From the IMG/VR virus record IMGVR_UViG_3300044646_003076: 64,000 nt of DNA. The stretch is one strand, 5' to 3'. How positions within the stretch are numbered: position 1 is the first letter of the stretch; every line of letters starts with the position of its first letter. The DNA comes from a virus. Below are positions 1-9,504 of the stretch, in pieces. The notes beneath the pieces were generated by a model. The model saw only the letters and a list, made by a program, of their open reading frames with translations, did not search any database and had not been told where the DNA came from. Made by a program: the position numbers and the translations under genes.

Positions 1-360
1 GTAGAAAAACTTGATGAGATGGAGAATAAACTCAACGAGCAAATCGAGAAAAATATGCAACTAACTCAGAAACTCTCTGAGTCCACTGCAGATAAAATCT
101 TTGATGAAGTTGCTACTGGTCTAGCCAGAACACAACAAGAAAAGCTCGCTTCACTTGCAGAGAGTGTTGAGTTTGAGAGTGAGGAAACCTATCGTGACAA
201 ATTAGAGACTCTTCGGGAATCTTATTTCCCTCAACAAAAGAGAAGTCTAAATGCTCAACTTGAAACGCTATCTGAAGGTACTGAAGTTCCTTCTGCACCT
301 GATTATTCTGGTGCAATGGAACAATATCTTAGAGTCGCTTCGCTTTCAGCAAAAATTTGA
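1..360 (+). CDS. gp22: Prohead core scaffold protein, C-terminal part (5' truncated by window edge)
   Basis: Frame is open from base 1. LASLAESVEFESEETYRDKLETLRESYF is the typical C-terminus of T4-like gp22, and the ORF lies directly upstream of gp23. Confidence 0.9.
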   Translation, partial: VEKLDEMENKLNEQIEKNMQLTQKLSESTADKIFDEVATGLARTQQEKLASLAESVEFESEETYRDKLETLRESYFPQQKRSLNAQLETLSEGTEVPSAPDYSGAMEQYLRVASLSAKI

Positions 361-408
361 ATTTAACATTCAATCAAACCAAAACACCACATTTAAGAGG
401 TAAAGTAA

Positions 409-1815
409 ATGTTTACTGTTGACACTCATCTGCTAGAAAAGTGGAATCCACTTTTAAATCTTCCAGAACTAGATCCAATTAAAGATTCTCATCGTAGAGC
501 TGTTACCGCACAGCTCCTAGAAAATACCGAAAATTCTCTTCGGGACATCGAAGCTTTTGATCGTGGCTCTCTTCTAACAGAATCTCCCACTAACTCAGCC
601 AACGCTCCAGGTTTTTCTGGTGGTTATGGTAGTGCATCCGCTGCCGCTGGTCCTGTAGCCGGTTTTGATCCAATTCTAATCAGCCTTATTCGCCGCGCTA
701 TGCCGAATCTGGTTGCTTATGATCTAGCTGGCGTACAACCTATGAATGGTCCTGCCGGTCTAATTTTTGCCATGCGCAGTCGTTATACTAATCAAAGTGG
801 CGCTGAGACCTTCTTTGATGAAGTGAACACTTCATTCTCTGGTCAAAATAGTGGCTTCAATCTTGCCGGTTTCGGTTCAACCGCTGCTGGTATTGGTACC
901 ACTACTCAACGTGGTAGCAATCCTGGTCTACTGAACCCAACTGAAACTTCAACTGAAGTCTTTAATGTTGGTCAAGGTATGGAAACTGGCGATGCTGAAA
1001 ATCTTGGTAATGGCGTTGATAATCAGTTCAATGAAATGTCATTCAGCATTGAGCGAGTTCCTGTTCAAGCTCAAAGCCGCGCACTTGCTGGTGAGTATAG
1101 CTTAGAGCTGATGCAGGATCTAAAAGCGATCCATAACCTTTCTGCCGAAGGTGAACTCGCTAATATTCTTTCCACCGAGATTCTTTCTGAAATCAACCGG
1201 GAAGTTATGCGGACAATTTATCTGACTGCAGAACAAGGTGCTGTTAATAACGTAGCCACTCCTGGTGTATTTGACCTTGATATTGACTCCAATGGCCGTT
1301 GGTCTGTTGAGAAATTTAAAGGCCTTATTTACCAGATTGAAAGAGATGCTAACGCTATTAACCAGCGTACTCGTAGAGGAAAGGGTAACGTTATCACATG
1401 CTCCGCTGATGTGGCTTCTGCGCTAACTATGGCTGGTGTGCTTGATTATACTCCTGCTCTTGATACTAATCTTAATGTTGATGATAGTGCTGATCTGTTT
1501 GCTGGAACCATGCAGCGAGGCAGATATAGAGTTTATATTGATCCATTTATGTCTAACGTAAGTAATACCCACTTTTATGTGGTTGGTTACAAGGGTAAGA
1601 ATGCTATGGATGCTGGACTATTTTATTGTCCCTATATTCCACTTCAAATGGTACGTGCTGTTGATCCCAAAACTTTTCAACCTCGTCTCGGATTTAAGAG
1701 TAGATACGGAATGGTTGCTAATCCTTACGCAGAAGGTCTAACTCAAGGTCTAGGTCGTCTTCGTACCAATAGCAATAGATATTACAGAAGAGTTGCTGTA
1801 CGAAATTTAATGTGA
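409..1815 (+). CDS. gp23: Major capsid protein
   Basis: LEKWNPLL, GFDPILISLIRRAMPNLVAYDLAGVQPMNGPAGLIFAMRSRY, GRWSVEKFKGL and FYCPYIPLQM are T4-like/cyanomyovirus gp23 motifs. LLTE/S is a likely protease processing site. Confidence 0.99.
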   Translation: MFTVDTHLLEKWNPLLNLPELDPIKDSHRRAVTAQLLENTENSLRDIEAFDRGSLLTESPTNSANAPGFSGGYGSASAAAGPVAGFDPILISLIRRAMPNLVAYDLAGVQPMNGPAGLIFAMRSRYTNQSGAETFFDEVNTSFSGQNSGFNLAGFGSTAAGIGTTTQRGSNPGLLNPTETSTEVFNVGQGMETGDAENLGNGVDNQFNEMSFSIERVPVQAQSRALAGEYSLELMQDLKAIHNLSAEGELANILSTEILSEINREVMRTIYLTAEQGAVNNVATPGVFDLDIDSNGRWSVEKFKGLIYQIERDANAINQRTRRGKGNVITCSADVASALTMAGVLDYTPALDTNLNVDDSADLFAGTMQRGRYRVYIDPFMSNVSNTHFYVVGYKGKNAMDAGLFYCPYIPLQMVRAVDPKTFQPRLGFKSRYGMVANPYAEGLTQGLGRLRTNSNRYYRRVAVRNLM

Positions 1816-1837
1816 GCTACTGCTTACATTTTTGTAG

Positions 1838-1862
1838 AGGAGGCAGAAATGCCTCCTTTTTT
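1838..1862. terminator. Rho-independent terminator after gp23, possibly bidirectional
   Basis: AGGAGGC-AGAAAT-GCCTCCT hairpin followed by a T-run, between convergent genes. Confidence 0.85.
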
Positions 1863-3366
1863 ATTGCAATTTTAATCTCAAATAACCACAATCAAATAAC
1901 TTCTTATACTTCGGCTTATCACAATAAAAACACTCATGTTCATTCCCATTACATTCTTCTTCAATAATATCACGATTAAACAAAAATAAGTATCTCCTAT
2001 TAGTATAATAATAACTAGGAGCAATAACAGAATCAACAACAAATCCATAACTTTTTAATAATTTACCATCAGAAAAACGACGATCAATATCGCAATATAA
2101 ATCACCAGAATTAAACTTCTTAAATTCATCTAAACACATCTTAAATCCACCAATAACACTAACACCCATTCTTGATTCATTCCTAACAACAAACCATTTA
2201 TTATCAATAAGCTTAAAACACAATAAATGAATCAGACTACGTTTATCATATAAACCAACAGAGATAAACTCATCTTCTAACGAACCAAAGATACTATTTG
2301 TAACTAAAAATTCATTAGATATTTTCTTATCAATAAATTTAACCTGACACTCTTTACTATGAATTCGTCTATTCTTTAATAACTTTCTTTTCACTAGACT
2401 CTTACAAATTAAATTATTATAATCCCATTCAGAGCTAAAAAATTGTATAAGTTGAACACCATTCTCTAAAGCTTTTTCAGTCTTAATTAAATGATATTCT
2501 GGCCCCTTGATTAAACAAGGCTTTTTCTCATTAGGCTTATAACAGTGTGAATATAATCCATTATACTCAAAAGCAATATTTTTAGAAGGAACAAAAACAT
2601 CTAATTCTTTTCCACGTAAAAGAAATCTATCATTTCCAATAACATTACAATCCGTTATTCTTTTAACATATGATGATAATTTCTTCTCTCCTTTACTTGT
2701 AAACTTACGAGTAGGAACATGTTCATTTGAACTTCTTATTCTGATGTCATGTTTGATTAATGCCTCACGAACGTAAGCAACATTAGACGAAAGAATCTTT
2801 GCTATTTGACGATAAGTGAGTTTTTGTGTAACATATAGATCATACATTTTATTTTTATCTTCTAATGTGGCTTTTGTTTCTTCGCTGATTGCTCTCGCAT
2901 TTTTAACAGCATCTTTTAATCCATGTTTTTCTATCCATCTAACAACAGTTGGCTCCGAAACTCCAAGTTCTTTTCCTATACGCTCATAACCTTTCTTTAA
3001 AACGACTCGTTGATTATAAACCCAATCATAATTTCCCAATTTATTCTTCACTTCGTCTGAAATCTTACAATCTCCTCTATGACATTCTGGGCCACAATAA
3101 AGTCTAAAACCTTCAATGGCATTTCCATAATTTAATATAGCAGGTCTACCACAATTCGCTTTACATTGAGGAATATTGGCTTTGGTGATATTATTTTTAA
3201 TACAATAAGCTCTAGATCTTAGTTGTATATTATCATAATAATCATCTAGAAAGAGGGTTTCTTTTTCTATTGCTTCTCTTAATTCTTTTTTAGTTGCAAG
3301 AGATATAAAACCACCTTTGTCCCAATGCTCTTCAATAATCTTCTTCAAATCCATAACAGCACTCAT
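1861..3366 (-). CDS. Hef-like / PD-(D/E)xK homing-endonuclease-like protein with two HTH-like segments
   Basis: ELDVFVPSKNIAFEYNGLYSH nuclease-type motif. HTH-like segments GYERIGKELGVSEPTVVRW and TYRQIAKILSSNVAYVREAL. Free-standing and antisense between gp23 and gp3. Confidence 0.7.
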   Translation of the reverse strand: MSAVMDLKKIIEEHWDKGGFISLATKKELREAIEKETLFLDDYYDNIQLRSRAYCIKNNITKANIPQCKANCGRPAILNYGNAIEGFRLYCGPECHRGDCKISDEVKNKLGNYDWVYNQRVVLKKGYERIGKELGVSEPTVVRWIEKHGLKDAVKNARAISEETKATLEDKNKMYDLYVTQKLTYRQIAKILSSNVAYVREALIKHDIRIRSSNEHVPTRKFTSKGEKKLSSYVKRITDCNVIGNDRFLLRGKELDVFVPSKNIAFEYNGLYSHCYKPNEKKPCLIKGPEYHLIKTEKALENGVQLIQFFSSEWDYNNLICKSLVKRKLLKNRRIHSKECQVKFIDKKISNEFLVTNSIFGSLEDEFISVGLYDKRSLIHLLCFKLIDNKWFVVRNESRMGVSVIGGFKMCLDEFKKFNSGDLYCDIDRRFSDGKLLKSYGFVVDSVIAPSYYYTNRRYLFLFNRDIIEEECNGNEHECFYCDKPKYKKLFDCGYLRLKLQ

Positions 3367-3379
3367 TCTTCACTTCACC

Positions 3380-3408
3380 ATCTTAGCACAATAACTCCAT
3401 TTTGTCAA
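3380..3408 (-). promoter_or_regulatory. Sigma70-type promoter for the endonuclease-like gene
   Basis: Minus strand TTGACA-N17-TAAGAT with extended TG. Confidence 0.75.
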
Positions 3409-3418
3409 GTTCATTCTG

Positions 3419-3425
3419 ATAAATA
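3419..3425 (+). promoter_or_regulatory. T4-like late promoter
   Basis: ATAAATA about 20 nt upstream of gp3. Confidence 0.65.
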
Positions 3426-3446
3426 ATCAATCAATAACATTCAATA

Positions 3447-4013
3447 ATGCCCGATACATCTTATAACATTCCAAGTAATCAAATAGAAAATAGAAACTTT
3501 TCATATCCAACAAAATATCGCTTTACTCTAAACCGATATCCTAAAGCGATATTTTTTGCTAATTCTGCTTCTATTCCTGGACTTGAATTAACATTGGCAA
3601 CACAACCAACTTCTCTAGGAAGAGACATTCCACAACCAGGAAATAAACTCCGAATGGATTCATTTGATTTAAGATTTATCGTAGACGAGGATCTAGTCAA
3701 TTATAATGAAATCAATAAATGGTTAAGAGGTCTTGGATATCCAGAATCATTGCAACAAATTTACGATTTACAAAAAGAAGGTAATAATAACTCATATAAG
3801 TCTGGACTAGATTTATATTCCGATGGTACTCTTCAAGTTCTTAATTCTAATGATAAGCCTACAGTACAAGTTCGTTATTATGACTTATTTCCATTTTCAA
3901 TAACACCACTGGTTTTTGATGCCACAATCTCTAAGCCAGATCCATTTCTTGCCACGGTCAAGTTCCAATATACATACTTTGAACTTTTGGATAAGAGTGG
4001 AAATCCTCTATGA
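3447..4013 (+). CDS. gp3: Tail completion / sheath stabilizer protein
   Basis: NRNFSYPTKYRF...FFANSASIPGLEL...FIVDEDLVNYNEINKWLRGLGYPES. Synteny gp23-gp3-uvsY-uvsW. Confidence 0.9.
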   Translation: MPDTSYNIPSNQIENRNFSYPTKYRFTLNRYPKAIFFANSASIPGLELTLATQPTSLGRDIPQPGNKLRMDSFDLRFIVDEDLVNYNEINKWLRGLGYPESLQQIYDLQKEGNNNSYKSGLDLYSDGTLQVLNSNDKPTVQVRYYDLFPFSITPLVFDATISKPDPFLATVKFQYTYFELLDKSGNPL

Positions 4014-4435
4014 AGCATAGTGAAATTGAACAAATGTGGAAACAAGACTCGGTTATTGATCCCGATAATCTTCATCTTGAGTCCATAAAAATTCCACAAT
4101 TACATGGAAAATATTATGAAATTTTAAACCGAGTTTTTATTCTTAAAAAACAAAAAGAATTAGAATACAAAAGACTTTATAAGAATCAATGGTTATATTT
4201 CTCAGGTAAAGCCGATCCCGAAGTTTACCAAGAAAAGCCATTTCCCCATAAGATTATGAAGCAAGATGTTGGAATTTATATTGAAGCTGATGAGGATCTT
4301 AATAAAATCAAAAGCATGTTAGAGTATTATTCACATACGATTGATTATCTTAAAGACATTCTTAAGCAGATTCATAATCGCACTTTTCAGATTAGAGATA
4401 ATATAGAATACAGTAAATTTATCGCAGGTCAATAA
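4010..4435 (+). CDS. uvsY: Recombination mediator UvsY
   Basis: MWKQDSVIDPDNLHLESIKIPQLHGKY...YIEADEDL. Upstream of uvsW. Confidence 0.92.
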   Translation: MKHSEIEQMWKQDSVIDPDNLHLESIKIPQLHGKYYEILNRVFILKKQKELEYKRLYKNQWLYFSGKADPEVYQEKPFPHKIMKQDVGIYIEADEDLNKIKSMLEYYSHTIDYLKDILKQIHNRTFQIRDNIEYSKFIAGQ

Positions 4436-5898
4436 TGGCTGATGTAACAATTCAAAAGAAAAATGAGATTTACATAAAACTCATATGTGAACCATACGTT
4501 CTTTATGAAATGGCACAATACTTCACCTTTGATGTTCCTGGTGCGAAGTATTCACCTGCATACAAAAAGGGTGGTTGGGATGGTAAGATTTCACTTCTCT
4601 CAACGTCTACTGGTGAAATCTATTGTGGTCTTTTGGATAGAATTATCGCTAAGCTGAAGATTCATGGATTTTCTTATGAATTTAAAGACAATAAGCAATA
4701 CGGCTTACCCTTTGAGATCAATCCAGAAATAACACTAGAAGGTGTCACTGGATTCATGAATGTTCTTGGACCAAAAGCCAATCTTATTCCCGATGATTAT
4801 CAAATTAATGCAGTATATGAATGTCTAAAGTACAACAGAAAAACAATCGTATCACCCACATCTTCTGGTAAAACATTCCAGATTTTTGGATTGGTTCGCT
4901 ATTATATGATGAAGAATTATAAGATTCTTATTGTCTTTCCTCAAACAAGTCTTATTCGGCAAACCTATAAAGAATTTGAAGACTATGGATTAGATTCAGA
5001 ATCTACTTGTCATATGATCTATCAAGGACAATATAAAAAATCAGATAAGCAAGTACATCTTTCAACTTATCAATCCATTTATGATCTAGATAAATCTTTT
5101 TTCAACCAATATGATGTTGTTATTGTTGATGAGTGTCACAGAACAACATCAAAGAGTCTTATTGGTATTATGAAGAAATGTCCTGACGTGAAGTATCGTT
5201 TTGGATTTACTGGAACTCTTAGTAACAACGATGATTCAAAAGCTCCTAACGAATTAACAATTTCTGGACTTTTTGGACCTTCTTATAGAACCACCAATAC
5301 CAAAGAACTCATTGAAAAAGGAAGAGTTTCACAATTAGATATTCGTTGTGTTGTTCTAAAGCACAAACCACAAAAGTTTGATCGTTATGAAGATGAAGTT
5401 CAATATCTTATTAGTAACGAAAAAAGAAACAATTTTATCTGCGATCTTTCTAGTAAACTCAACAACAACACTCTTGTTATATTCTCCAGAGTTGAGAGTC
5501 ATGGTCAACTGCTTTATGATATTCTAAAAGAAAATAAGAACAAAAAAATCTTCTTTATTCATGGTGGTGTTGAGGTTGAAGAGCGCGAAAGAGTTAGACA
5601 GATTTGTGAACAAGAAAATAATGCAATTATTATCGCATCTTATGGTGTCTTTAGTACCGGAATTAATATTAAGAATTTACACAACATCATATTGGCATCT
5701 TCTTCTAAAGGAAAAATTCGGATTCTTCAGACTATCGGTAGAGGATTAAGAAAACACAAGTCTAAAGATAGAGCAACTCTTTATGATATCGCTGATGATT
5801 GTGGAAAAAATTACACTCTTAATCATTTCTTAGAAAGAATCAAAATTTATAATGAAGAAGAATTTGATTATGACATTAAGACCATAGAACTCAAGTAA
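4435..5898 (+). CDS. uvsW: UvsW SF2 DNA helicase
   Basis: GWDGKI, SPTSSGKT (Walker A), VDECH (DExH), GFTGTL, QTIGRGLR. Confidence 0.96.
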   Translation: MADVTIQKKNEIYIKLICEPYVLYEMAQYFTFDVPGAKYSPAYKKGGWDGKISLLSTSTGEIYCGLLDRIIAKLKIHGFSYEFKDNKQYGLPFEINPEITLEGVTGFMNVLGPKANLIPDDYQINAVYECLKYNRKTIVSPTSSGKTFQIFGLVRYYMMKNYKILIVFPQTSLIRQTYKEFEDYGLDSESTCHMIYQGQYKKSDKQVHLSTYQSIYDLDKSFFNQYDVVIVDECHRTTSKSLIGIMKKCPDVKYRFGFTGTLSNNDDSKAPNELTISGLFGPSYRTTNTKELIEKGRVSQLDIRCVVLKHKPQKFDRYEDEVQYLISNEKRNNFICDLSSKLNNNTLVIFSRVESHGQLLYDILKENKNKKIFFIHGGVEVEERERVRQICEQENNAIIIASYGVFSTGINIKNLHNIILASSSKGKIRILQTIGRGLRKHKSKDRATLYDIADDCGKNYTLNHFLERIKIYNEEEFDYDIKTIELK

Positions 5899-6203
5899 TC
5901 TTTAATCTTAATATACTTTTTGATGTAGTGTGGAGTGTTTGGATTATATGCTACACTGCGACGAACAAGACAATGATCATCGGATGCTAGATGTTCTAGA
6001 ACTTTTGGTGGTGTGTTTGGATTATATGCTACACTGCGACGAACAAGACAATGATCATCGGATGCTAGATGTTCTAGAAATTTTGGTGGTGTGTTTGGAT
6101 TTAGTGCTACCCTATAACGAACCAACCAATCCTCATCGGTCGCTAGTTGTTCTAGAGTTTTTGGTGAAGTGTTTGGATTACTGGCTTGTTCAAGTTTGTT
6201 CAT
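5868..6203 (-). CDS. LRV/HEAT-like repeat protein (3 repeats), locus A
   Basis: 26-aa NPNTPPKxLExLAxDxxxxVRxxVAx repeats. Repeats 2 and 3 are a near-exact 78-bp duplication (about 5935-6090). The 3' end overlaps the uvsW 3' end. Confidence 0.85.
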   Translation of the reverse strand: MNKLEQASNPNTSPKTLEQLATDEDWLVRYRVALNPNTPPKFLEHLASDDHCLVRRSVAYNPNTPPKVLEHLASDDHCLVRRSVAYNPNTPHYIKKYIKIKDYLSSMVLMS

Positions 6204-6205
6204 AA

Positions 6206-6361
6206 TCAATTCTCATCTTTTGTATAAACTTGTTCACATTCACCTCTCCTCTTACATACAATAATAACTCTAGTTGTTGAAAATAATTCAAGATTTTTAT
6301 TCAGACAAGATAAATTTTTACCAGAATTACAAATCATAATCGTTGTTATGAAATCAAGCAT
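6206..6361 (-). CDS. Small hypothetical protein (51 aa, not in ORF track)
   Basis: ATG at 6361 to TGA at 6206, MLDFITTIMICNSGK...EQVYTKDEN. Fills the gap in the minus-strand operon. Confidence 0.5.
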   Translation of the reverse strand: MLDFITTIMICNSGKNLSCLNKNLELFSTTRVIIVCKRRGECEQVYTKDEN

Positions 6362-6408
6362 TTAAGGTTCCTAATATAATTGCGTTGTTTATTATTATGA
6401 AAGAATTG

Positions 6409-6975
6409 TTATGTTTTATCTAACTTAGCTAGTTGTTCTTGAATTTTAATATACTTTTTGATGTAGTGTGGTGTGTTTGGATTTTGTGCTACTCCACAAC
6501 GAACATCAGAATTCTTATTGGTCGCTAGTTGTTCTAGTGCTTTTGGTGGTGTGTTTGGATTACATGCTACCCAATAACGAATAGAATAATCATCATCAGT
6601 CGCTAGTTGTTCTAGGGCTTTTGGTGGTGTGTTTGGGTTTTGTGCTAACGCCACACAAATATAATACCTATCATTGGTCACAAAACTCTTTATTGTCGTT
6701 GGTTGGGTATCTGAAATTTTTAATGCTTGCCAACAAATTTTCCAGCCCTCATCTGCCATTAGAAGTTCTAATGTTTCAGGTGAAGTGTTTGGATTTCTTG
6801 CTACTCCACAACGAACCCAATACTCTTCATCAGTAGCTAGACGCTCTAGCTCTTCTCGTGGTGTGTTTGGATTACATGCTACCCAATAACGAATAGAATA
6901 ATCATCATCAGTCGCTAGTTTTTCTAGAGTTTTTGGTGAAGTGTTTGGATTACTGGCTTGTTCAAGTTTGTTCAT
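6409..6975 (-). CDS. LRV/HEAT-like repeat protein (6 repeats), locus A
   Basis: MNKLEQAS N-cap, 26-aa repeats, NPNTPHYIKKYIKIQEQL C-cap. Confidence 0.88.
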   Translation of the reverse strand: MNKLEQASNPNTSPKTLEKLATDDDYSIRYWVACNPNTPREELERLATDEEYWVRCGVARNPNTSPETLELLMADEGWKICWQALKISDTQPTTIKSFVTNDRYYICVALAQNPNTPPKALEQLATDDDYSIRYWVACNPNTPPKALEQLATNKNSDVRCGVAQNPNTPHYIKKYIKIQEQLAKLDKT

Positions 6976-7451
6976 AATCTAGCTAATTGGTCTTGAATTT
7001 TAAGATACTTTTTGATGTAGTGTGGTGTGTTTGGATTTCTTGCTACACATTCACGAACCTCAGAACTCTTATCGGTCGCTAGGAGTTCTAGTGTTTTTGG
7101 ATGTGTATTTGGATTTCGTGCTACCCGATAATAAACATAAAAACATTCATCGGTCGCTAAAAGTTCTAGAGTTTCTGGTGGTGTGTTTTGATTATATGCT
7201 ACATTATAACGAACACCAGAATTCTCATCGGTTGCCAGTTGTTCTAGGATTTCTAGTGGAGTGTTTAGATTTTCTGCTACAACAATACGGACACGATAAT
7301 CCTCATCGGTTGCTAGTTGTACTAAAATTTTTTGTGGTGTGTTTGGGTTATGTGCTACACAACAACGAACACCAGATTCCTCATCGGTTGCCAGAATTTC
7401 TATTACATTTGGTGGTGTATTTGGATCTCTAGCTTGTTCAAGTTTGTTCAT
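6972..7451 (-). CDS. LRV/HEAT-like repeat protein (5 repeats), locus A
   Basis: Same caps and repeat consensus. ATGA stop/start overlap with neighbours. Confidence 0.88.
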   Translation of the reverse strand: MNKLEQARDPNTPPNVIEILATDEESGVRCCVAHNPNTPQKILVQLATDEDYRVRIVVAENLNTPLEILEQLATDENSGVRYNVAYNQNTPPETLELLATDECFYVYYRVARNPNTHPKTLELLATDKSSEVRECVARNPNTPHYIKKYLKIQDQLARL

Positions 7452-7798
7452 AACGTCGCCAGATGTTCTTGAATTTTAATATACTTTTTGATGTAGTGTG
7501 GTGTGTTTGGATTTAGTGCTACCCTATAACGAACAACAGAATTCTCATCGGTCGCTAGTTGTTCTAGGGCTTTTGGTGGTGTGTTTGGATGTATTGCTAC
7601 ACAATAACGAACACTAGAATCCTCATCGGTCGCTAGTTGTTCTAGGGCTTTTGGTGGTGTGTTTGGATTATGTGCTACCAAATAACGAACATTAGGATCC
7701 CCATTGGTGACTAAAAGTTCTAATAGTTTCGCCTGAGTATTTTGATTCCATATAGTATTTGGATCCAAAATAAAGTCAATAAAATTCACATTAGACAT
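7448..7798 (-). CDS. LRV/HEAT-like repeat protein (3 repeats), locus A
   Basis: Divergent N-terminus, then NPNTPPKALEQLATDE repeats and the conserved C-cap. Confidence 0.87.
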   Translation of the reverse strand: MSNVNFIDFILDPNTIWNQNTQAKLLELLVTNGDPNVRYLVAHNPNTPPKALEQLATDEDSSVRYCVAIHPNTPPKALEQLATDENSVVRYRVALNPNTPHYIKKYIKIQEHLATL

Positions 7799-8009
7799 AA
7801 TAAATTTTTCTCTTTGGTTGTTCTTTTCTTTTTACAATAAACTTATTAGCAGAATCAAAGGAATCAAAACATATTTCAACAGGAAAAACTTCTGCTTTGA
7901 TAAAAGGCATCCAAAAAAGAAGTAACTTTCGCTGTTGTGGATAAAATTTAATGTTTCCGTTTAAATCAGTTTTTTCAACAATACGGTAGATCATTTTAGT
8001 AATTAACAA
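7791..8009 (-). CDS. Hypothetical protein
   Basis: Phage-type small ORF (YRIVEKTDLNG...FYPQQRKLLLFW) coupled to neighbours. Confidence 0.65.
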   Translation of the reverse strand: MLITKMIYRIVEKTDLNGNIKFYPQQRKLLLFWMPFIKAEVFPVEICFDSFDSANKFIVKRKEQPKRKIYYV

Positions 8010-8620
8010 AAAGAAGTAATAACAACATTAACGTGAGAAGTAGTTCTTTTAATTTTATTGATGATTTTCTTCCACCAAGATTGACGATATCTTGAAATCA
8101 TTTGGCTAAAATAACCACCTTGCGAGGTACTAATGATAACAAGATATTCTGTTGTTGGTAATATAGTCTCTAGAAGTTTCTGTGAAATCGTATCATCTTC
8201 ATCTACAATAACAACATCAAACCTATTATAACGATAACTATTGATTGATGAACAATTAAAAACGTTAACATTTTTAGATTTAATGAAAGGTTTAATGTCA
8301 TTTAATCTGGAATAGTTTGAGAAAAATACACCAACTTTCTTGTTACATAGTAAACCTAGATAATTGGCTAGATTAATAGTGAAGAAGGTTTTTCCAGATC
8401 GTCTAAATGTAGCAATTAATGTAATAGGACTTTTGAAACAAGAACGAAACCACTTTCTTTGATAACGTTTTAATCCTTTAGTCTCCACAAAAGAAGGATA
8501 GATTCTTGTTCCTTTAATGAAACAATTAAACTTTTCTAGTTCATTAGAGGGATTCTGAAACAACATGTTAGATGTTCTGACAGATTTTAATAACTTATTT
8601 AACGAGTTCTTGATATTCAA
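8003..8620 (-). CDS. Stand-alone terminase-like P-loop ATPase domain protein
   Basis: RRSGKT (Walker A with upstream Arg), DVVIVDE (Walker B), IISTS (coupling-motif-like). No nuclease domain. Confidence 0.65.
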   Translation of the reverse strand: MNIKNSLNKLLKSVRTSNMLFQNPSNELEKFNCFIKGTRIYPSFVETKGLKRYQRKWFRSCFKSPITLIATFRRSGKTFFTINLANYLGLLCNKKVGVFFSNYSRLNDIKPFIKSKNVNVFNCSSINSYRYNRFDVVIVDEDDTISQKLLETILPTTEYLVIISTSQGGYFSQMISRYRQSWWKKIINKIKRTTSHVNVVITSFC

Positions 8621-8868
8621 AACTTTTCTTCTCTTGTTAATGTTGATTGATGATTTAAATGTATTTGATAGTTTAATCGTCTATAACGCTTACTAAAAAC
8701 ATCTGGTAACCAATAAGTTTCTAGATATTCTACTTTTACATTTTGAAGAAAGAAATCTAGATCATGAAAAATACCTAATTGACAATAACCATCGTGAGTG
8801 ATAAAGTTATTGTCGTCAAGTCTATAGTAATAAAGCATTATTGTATTTGACGAACGATAGTGAGTCAA
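8617..8868 (-). CDS. Conserved cyanophage hypothetical protein
   Basis: YWLPDVFSKRYRR motif. Typical antisense position upstream of the gp55 block. Confidence 0.65.
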   Translation of the reverse strand: MTHYRSSNTIMLYYYRLDDNNFITHDGYCQLGIFHDLDFFLQNVKVEYLETYWLPDVFSKRYRRLNYQIHLNHQSTLTREEKF

Positions 8869-8915
8869 TTCCCGAAGGGAATGATTAAATAATATTAGAA
8901 GTGTTAAGAAATATA

Positions 8916-9296
8916 ATGCAAGAGGAATTTTATGCGGTTGTTAAGTTAGTAAGTGGTGAAGAAATTTTTGGTATAGTATCCCCAATGGAGGAACAGGGTG
9001 AACAGTATTTGATTCTTTTAGATCCCATTAGTATCACTAGAGAAGAGTTGAATAACGTTTACATTTACAGAATAGAACCATGGATGAAGCTAACACAAGA
9101 AACGATTTTCATCTTAGAAAAGTCAAAAATAATTACGGTAGTAGAATCATTTGACGATGAGCTAATAAAGCTTTACAAACGTTATTTGAACAAAAGTGAC
9201 TCTAGTGGAACCTATGTACTCAATAGATCTGAAGGATTCATCAATAACGTTAAACGAGCTAGAATGATACTAGAGAAGATCTACAGAATCAATTAA
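8916..9296 (+). CDS. Conserved Sm-like-fold hypothetical protein upstream of gp55
   Basis: EEFYAVVKLVSGEEIF...IEPWMKL. Preceded by late-promoter-like TTAAATA at 8885. Confidence 0.75.
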   Translation: MQEEFYAVVKLVSGEEIFGIVSPMEEQGEQYLILLDPISITREELNNVYIYRIEPWMKLTQETIFILEKSKIITVVESFDDELIKLYKRYLNKSDSSGTYVLNRSEGFINNVKRARMILEKIYRIN

Positions 9297-9393
9297 TTCC
9301 CTTCGGGAATCAGCTCCTTTCAGTCGCTGGTACTAACTTTAGTTAAATTTAATCTATTAAATTTTAATAGTTACTGGTGACGTAACTCCTGTG

Positions 9394-9422
9394 AGTCTAC
9401 TCACACTTTTTCCATTTGTCAA
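9394..9422 (-). promoter_or_regulatory. Leftward sigma70-type promoter
   Basis: Minus strand TTGACA-N17-TAGACT, pointing at the minus-strand operon 8868 to 5868. Confidence 0.7.
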
Positions 9423-9431
9423 GCTTTAATA

Positions 9432-9453
9432 TGCCACTTTGTTCACTGGCACA
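9432..9453. promoter_or_regulatory. Palindromic promoter box, copy 1
   Basis: TGCCA-N10-TGGCA(CA) between divergent promoters. Confidence 0.55.
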
Positions 9454-9475
9454 CTCTACCACCTTATAACCCCTC

Positions 9476-9504
9476 TTGACAAATCAGACATTATGTGTTA
9501 TAGT
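9476..9504 (+). promoter_or_regulatory. Sigma70-type promoter for gp55-47-46
   Basis: TTGACA-N17-TATAGT with extended TG. A late motif CTAAATA follows at 9511-9517. Confidence 0.85.

Noticed and set aside
5930-7432. Repetitive antisense ORFs (e.g. 5930-6205, 7022-7432, 15862-16206, 58919-59263, 59386-59742) with VVCLDY repeats
   Set aside because: These are shadows of the 78-bp LRV repeats on the opposite strand, with no independent RBS or promoter context.
5935-7720. Regularly spaced GTGTTTGGATT repeats resembling a CRISPR array
   Set aside because: The constant 78-bp period is in frame with a protein repeat, the 'spacers' are homologous to one another, and there are no cas genes.
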